Part shown: one piece after another, positions 62,407 to 64,000 of the stretch | Layout of the letters: every line of letters begins with the position of its first letter | Position numbering within the stretch: position 1 is the stretch's first letter | Assembly: GCA_963826715.1 (NCBI GenBank) | Contig: CAWGYA010000008.1 | Location: 1,152,001-1,216,000 of the forward strand | Length of the DNA stretch: 64,000 bases | Source of the DNA: Candidatus Bathyarchaeota archaeon | Lineage (GTDB): Archaea; Thermoproteota; Bathyarchaeia; Bathyarchaeales; Bathycorpusculaceae | Reading direction: 5' to 3' | Made by a program: the position numbers and the translations under genes | Notes under the pieces: generated by a model | Told to the model about the DNA's origin: nothing | The model's input: only the letters and a program-made list of their open reading frames with translations | Database searches by the model: none

Positions 62407-62940
62407 CTATTCAGTTTGCTTTTTGTTGAAATAGTAGCGCACTAACTCGTCCGTTGACCATGGCAAGCAATCTTTGGCTTTGAATCCTAAAAGTTCAGCA
62501 TATCTGTGAATAGATCCGAGGTCACCTTCTATCTCTAGAAACTCAGGGATAAAATTGTAGTTGCCGAGGTATCGATCGATGTCAACGCGAACGTTCTCCA
62601 ACTTGAAGCTGACTCTATGCTTTTCCATCTGGTCAGTGACTGCTAAGCTTAAATTCTGCAGAATTCCAAGCGTGGTATCGAAATCTGAGACCTCCACAGA
62701 AAGCTCTTCTGCCTCTTTGGCGACCTGGTTTGCTTTAATTTTCTTGTAGGTTAGTTCGTTTTTCCTCTGAATTTTTCTCAAACGCAAAACGGCTCTATGT
62801 TTGCTGATTCCTCCGTCCGCGTAATCCAAGAAAAGTGTAGATATTTCGCCGTCGAAAATTTTTTTAGCCTTCAAATTATCAAGTGTTTTTTTAACCTTTT
62901 GACTGTTGATTTCAAGTATTTTTACTTCAATCTCTTGCAT
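62407..62940 (-). CDS. CYTH / triphosphate tunnel metalloenzyme (class IV adenylate cyclase-like)
   Basis: EIEVK, LRLR, LTYK, EKHR, DID, FLEIE. Confidence 0.9.
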   Translation of the reverse strand: MQEIEVKILEINSQKVKKTLDNLKAKKIFDGEISTLFLDYADGGISKHRAVLRLRKIQRKNELTYKKIKANQVAKEAEELSVEVSDFDTTLGILQNLSLAVTDQMEKHRVSFKLENVRVDIDRYLGNYNFIPEFLEIEGDLGSIHRYAELLGFKAKDCLPWSTDELVRYYFNKKQTE

Positions 62941-63037
62941 AAAGTTATGGAATCTACAAGAAGTTAAAAAACTTGAGCTGCAAAAAGCGTTAAAATTTTA
63001 TATATATCTTAAATATTAATAAACAAGTAGATATTAT

Positions 63038-63493
63038 ATGGCCAAAGGCAAACCTTGGACATTAGAAGAAGAAATTGATCTCCAAAAACTAGTTGAAGCA
63101 AATACTCATGTAGACACAATTGCAGCCCATTTCCGAAAGAAACCTGGCGCTATAATTATAAAATGTCAACGGTTAGGTCTAAAACTTAACTCAAAAGGTT
63201 ATGTGGACACTTCAATCTCCTTCCCAAGAGAACTTCCCAGCGTAGAAGATACACTAAAGATGCTAGCCGGTGCATTAAAAACCGCTACCAAACCAGGACT
63301 AAACAAAGCCGAGCTCCAACGCCTACAAACGGTCGCAACCATCGCCAAAACCTACAAGGAACTTCTCTCGGACTACATAAACTACCGCGAAATCGAAACC
63401 AAATTAAAAGAAGTAGAGGAACAAAATGCCCAACTACTTAAAGAAAGAAGCCCGAACCCTACGCCCCAACCAAATTCTTCCCAGATGGCATAA
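63038..63493 (+). CDS. HTH plus coiled-coil protein, candidate terminase small subunit
   Basis: KPWTLEEE...IAAHF...CQRLGL HTH, helical C-terminus; overlaps terminase large subunit by 68 nt. Confidence 0.6.
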   Translation: MAKGKPWTLEEEIDLQKLVEANTHVDTIAAHFRKKPGAIIIKCQRLGLKLNSKGYVDTSISFPRELPSVEDTLKMLAGALKTATKPGLNKAELQRLQTVATIAKTYKELLSDYINYREIETKLKEVEEQNAQLLKERSPNPTPQPNSSQMA

Positions 63494-64000
63494 CATCAAG
63501 CAAACAACCAACCAAATTCACGCCTCCATCAAACAAAATACAGTAGCGCTAAGTGCTGACCCACAACAATTCATCGAGCAAATTCTCGGCTTCAAACTAT
63601 ACTCATACCAAAAAGACTTCACTGAACTCTTCAAAAACAACCAATTCACCGCAGCCCGATGGTGCAGACAAAGCGGAAAAACTTACCTAATATGCGCATT
63701 ACTGCTCTGGTATGCAGTAACATATCCAAACAGCGCCATAGGAGTTGTTGGACCATCCTGGCGACAAACCAAACGCATCATAACCCGCATAACCAACTTC
63801 ACACACAACCTCCCACCACAAATCACATTTAAACCCCAAAAAACCCAAATAAAATTCACAAACGGAAGCAGCATAGAAGCCTTCCCAAACAACCCCGAAA
63901 CCATCAGAGGACCAACACTTCACCTAGTTTACGCTGATGAATTAAACTTCGTAGCCAACGACCAAGAACTCTACGACTCCATCCTCTACACATTAGGAAC
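63426..64000 (+). CDS. terL: Terminase large subunit, ATPase domain (3' truncated by window edge; not in ORF track)
   Basis: Manual translation: YSYQ adenine motif, Walker A RQSGKT, GPSWRQT, NGSSIEAF, TIRG, Walker B VYADE; no stop to window end. Confidence 0.9.
   Translation, partial: MPNYLKKEARTLRPNQILPRWHNIKQTTNQIHASIKQNTVALSADPQQFIEQILGFKLYSYQKDFTELFKNNQFTAARWCRQSGKTYLICALLLWYAVTYPNSAIGVVGPSWRQTKRIITRITNFTHNLPPQITFKPQKTQIKFTNGSSIEAFPNNPETIRGPTLHLVYADELNFVANDQELYDSILYTLG

Overview
Archaeal chromosomal window, most consistent with Bathyarchaeia (TACK-type 16S rRNA, Lsm-rpl37e pair, AbrB-PhoU regulator, crenarchaeal-type SSB); the taxonomy is inferred, not searched. From left to right: ECF and Ca2+/Na+ transporters; an AT-rich orphan patch; and an intron-containing tRNA-Arg(CCT) that has been hit repeatedly by integrative elements (three att copies, two tyrosine-integrase C-terminal remnants, detoxification-type cargo). 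Then a complete bacterial-type NHEJ locus, rare in archaea (stand-alone LigD polymerase, Ku, a LIG-PE fusion, and a tightly linked DUF72 gene). Then a glycosyltransferase cluster, a stand-alone 16S rRNA gene closed by a perfect BHB processing stem, and housekeeping genes. A ~14-kb phosphate/polyphosphate island follows (pstSCAB, two PhoU, PPK1, PPK2, PPX, a CHAD-metallophosphoesterase-HD fusion, CYTH, and a seemingly inactive basic GIY-YIG-fold protein behind a shared putative Pho box). The right edge holds the start of a terminase module missed by the ORF track. Best candidates for undescribed biology: the Ku/LIG-PE/DUF72 operon, the accessory proteins of the polyP island, and the terminase module with no visible proviral border.
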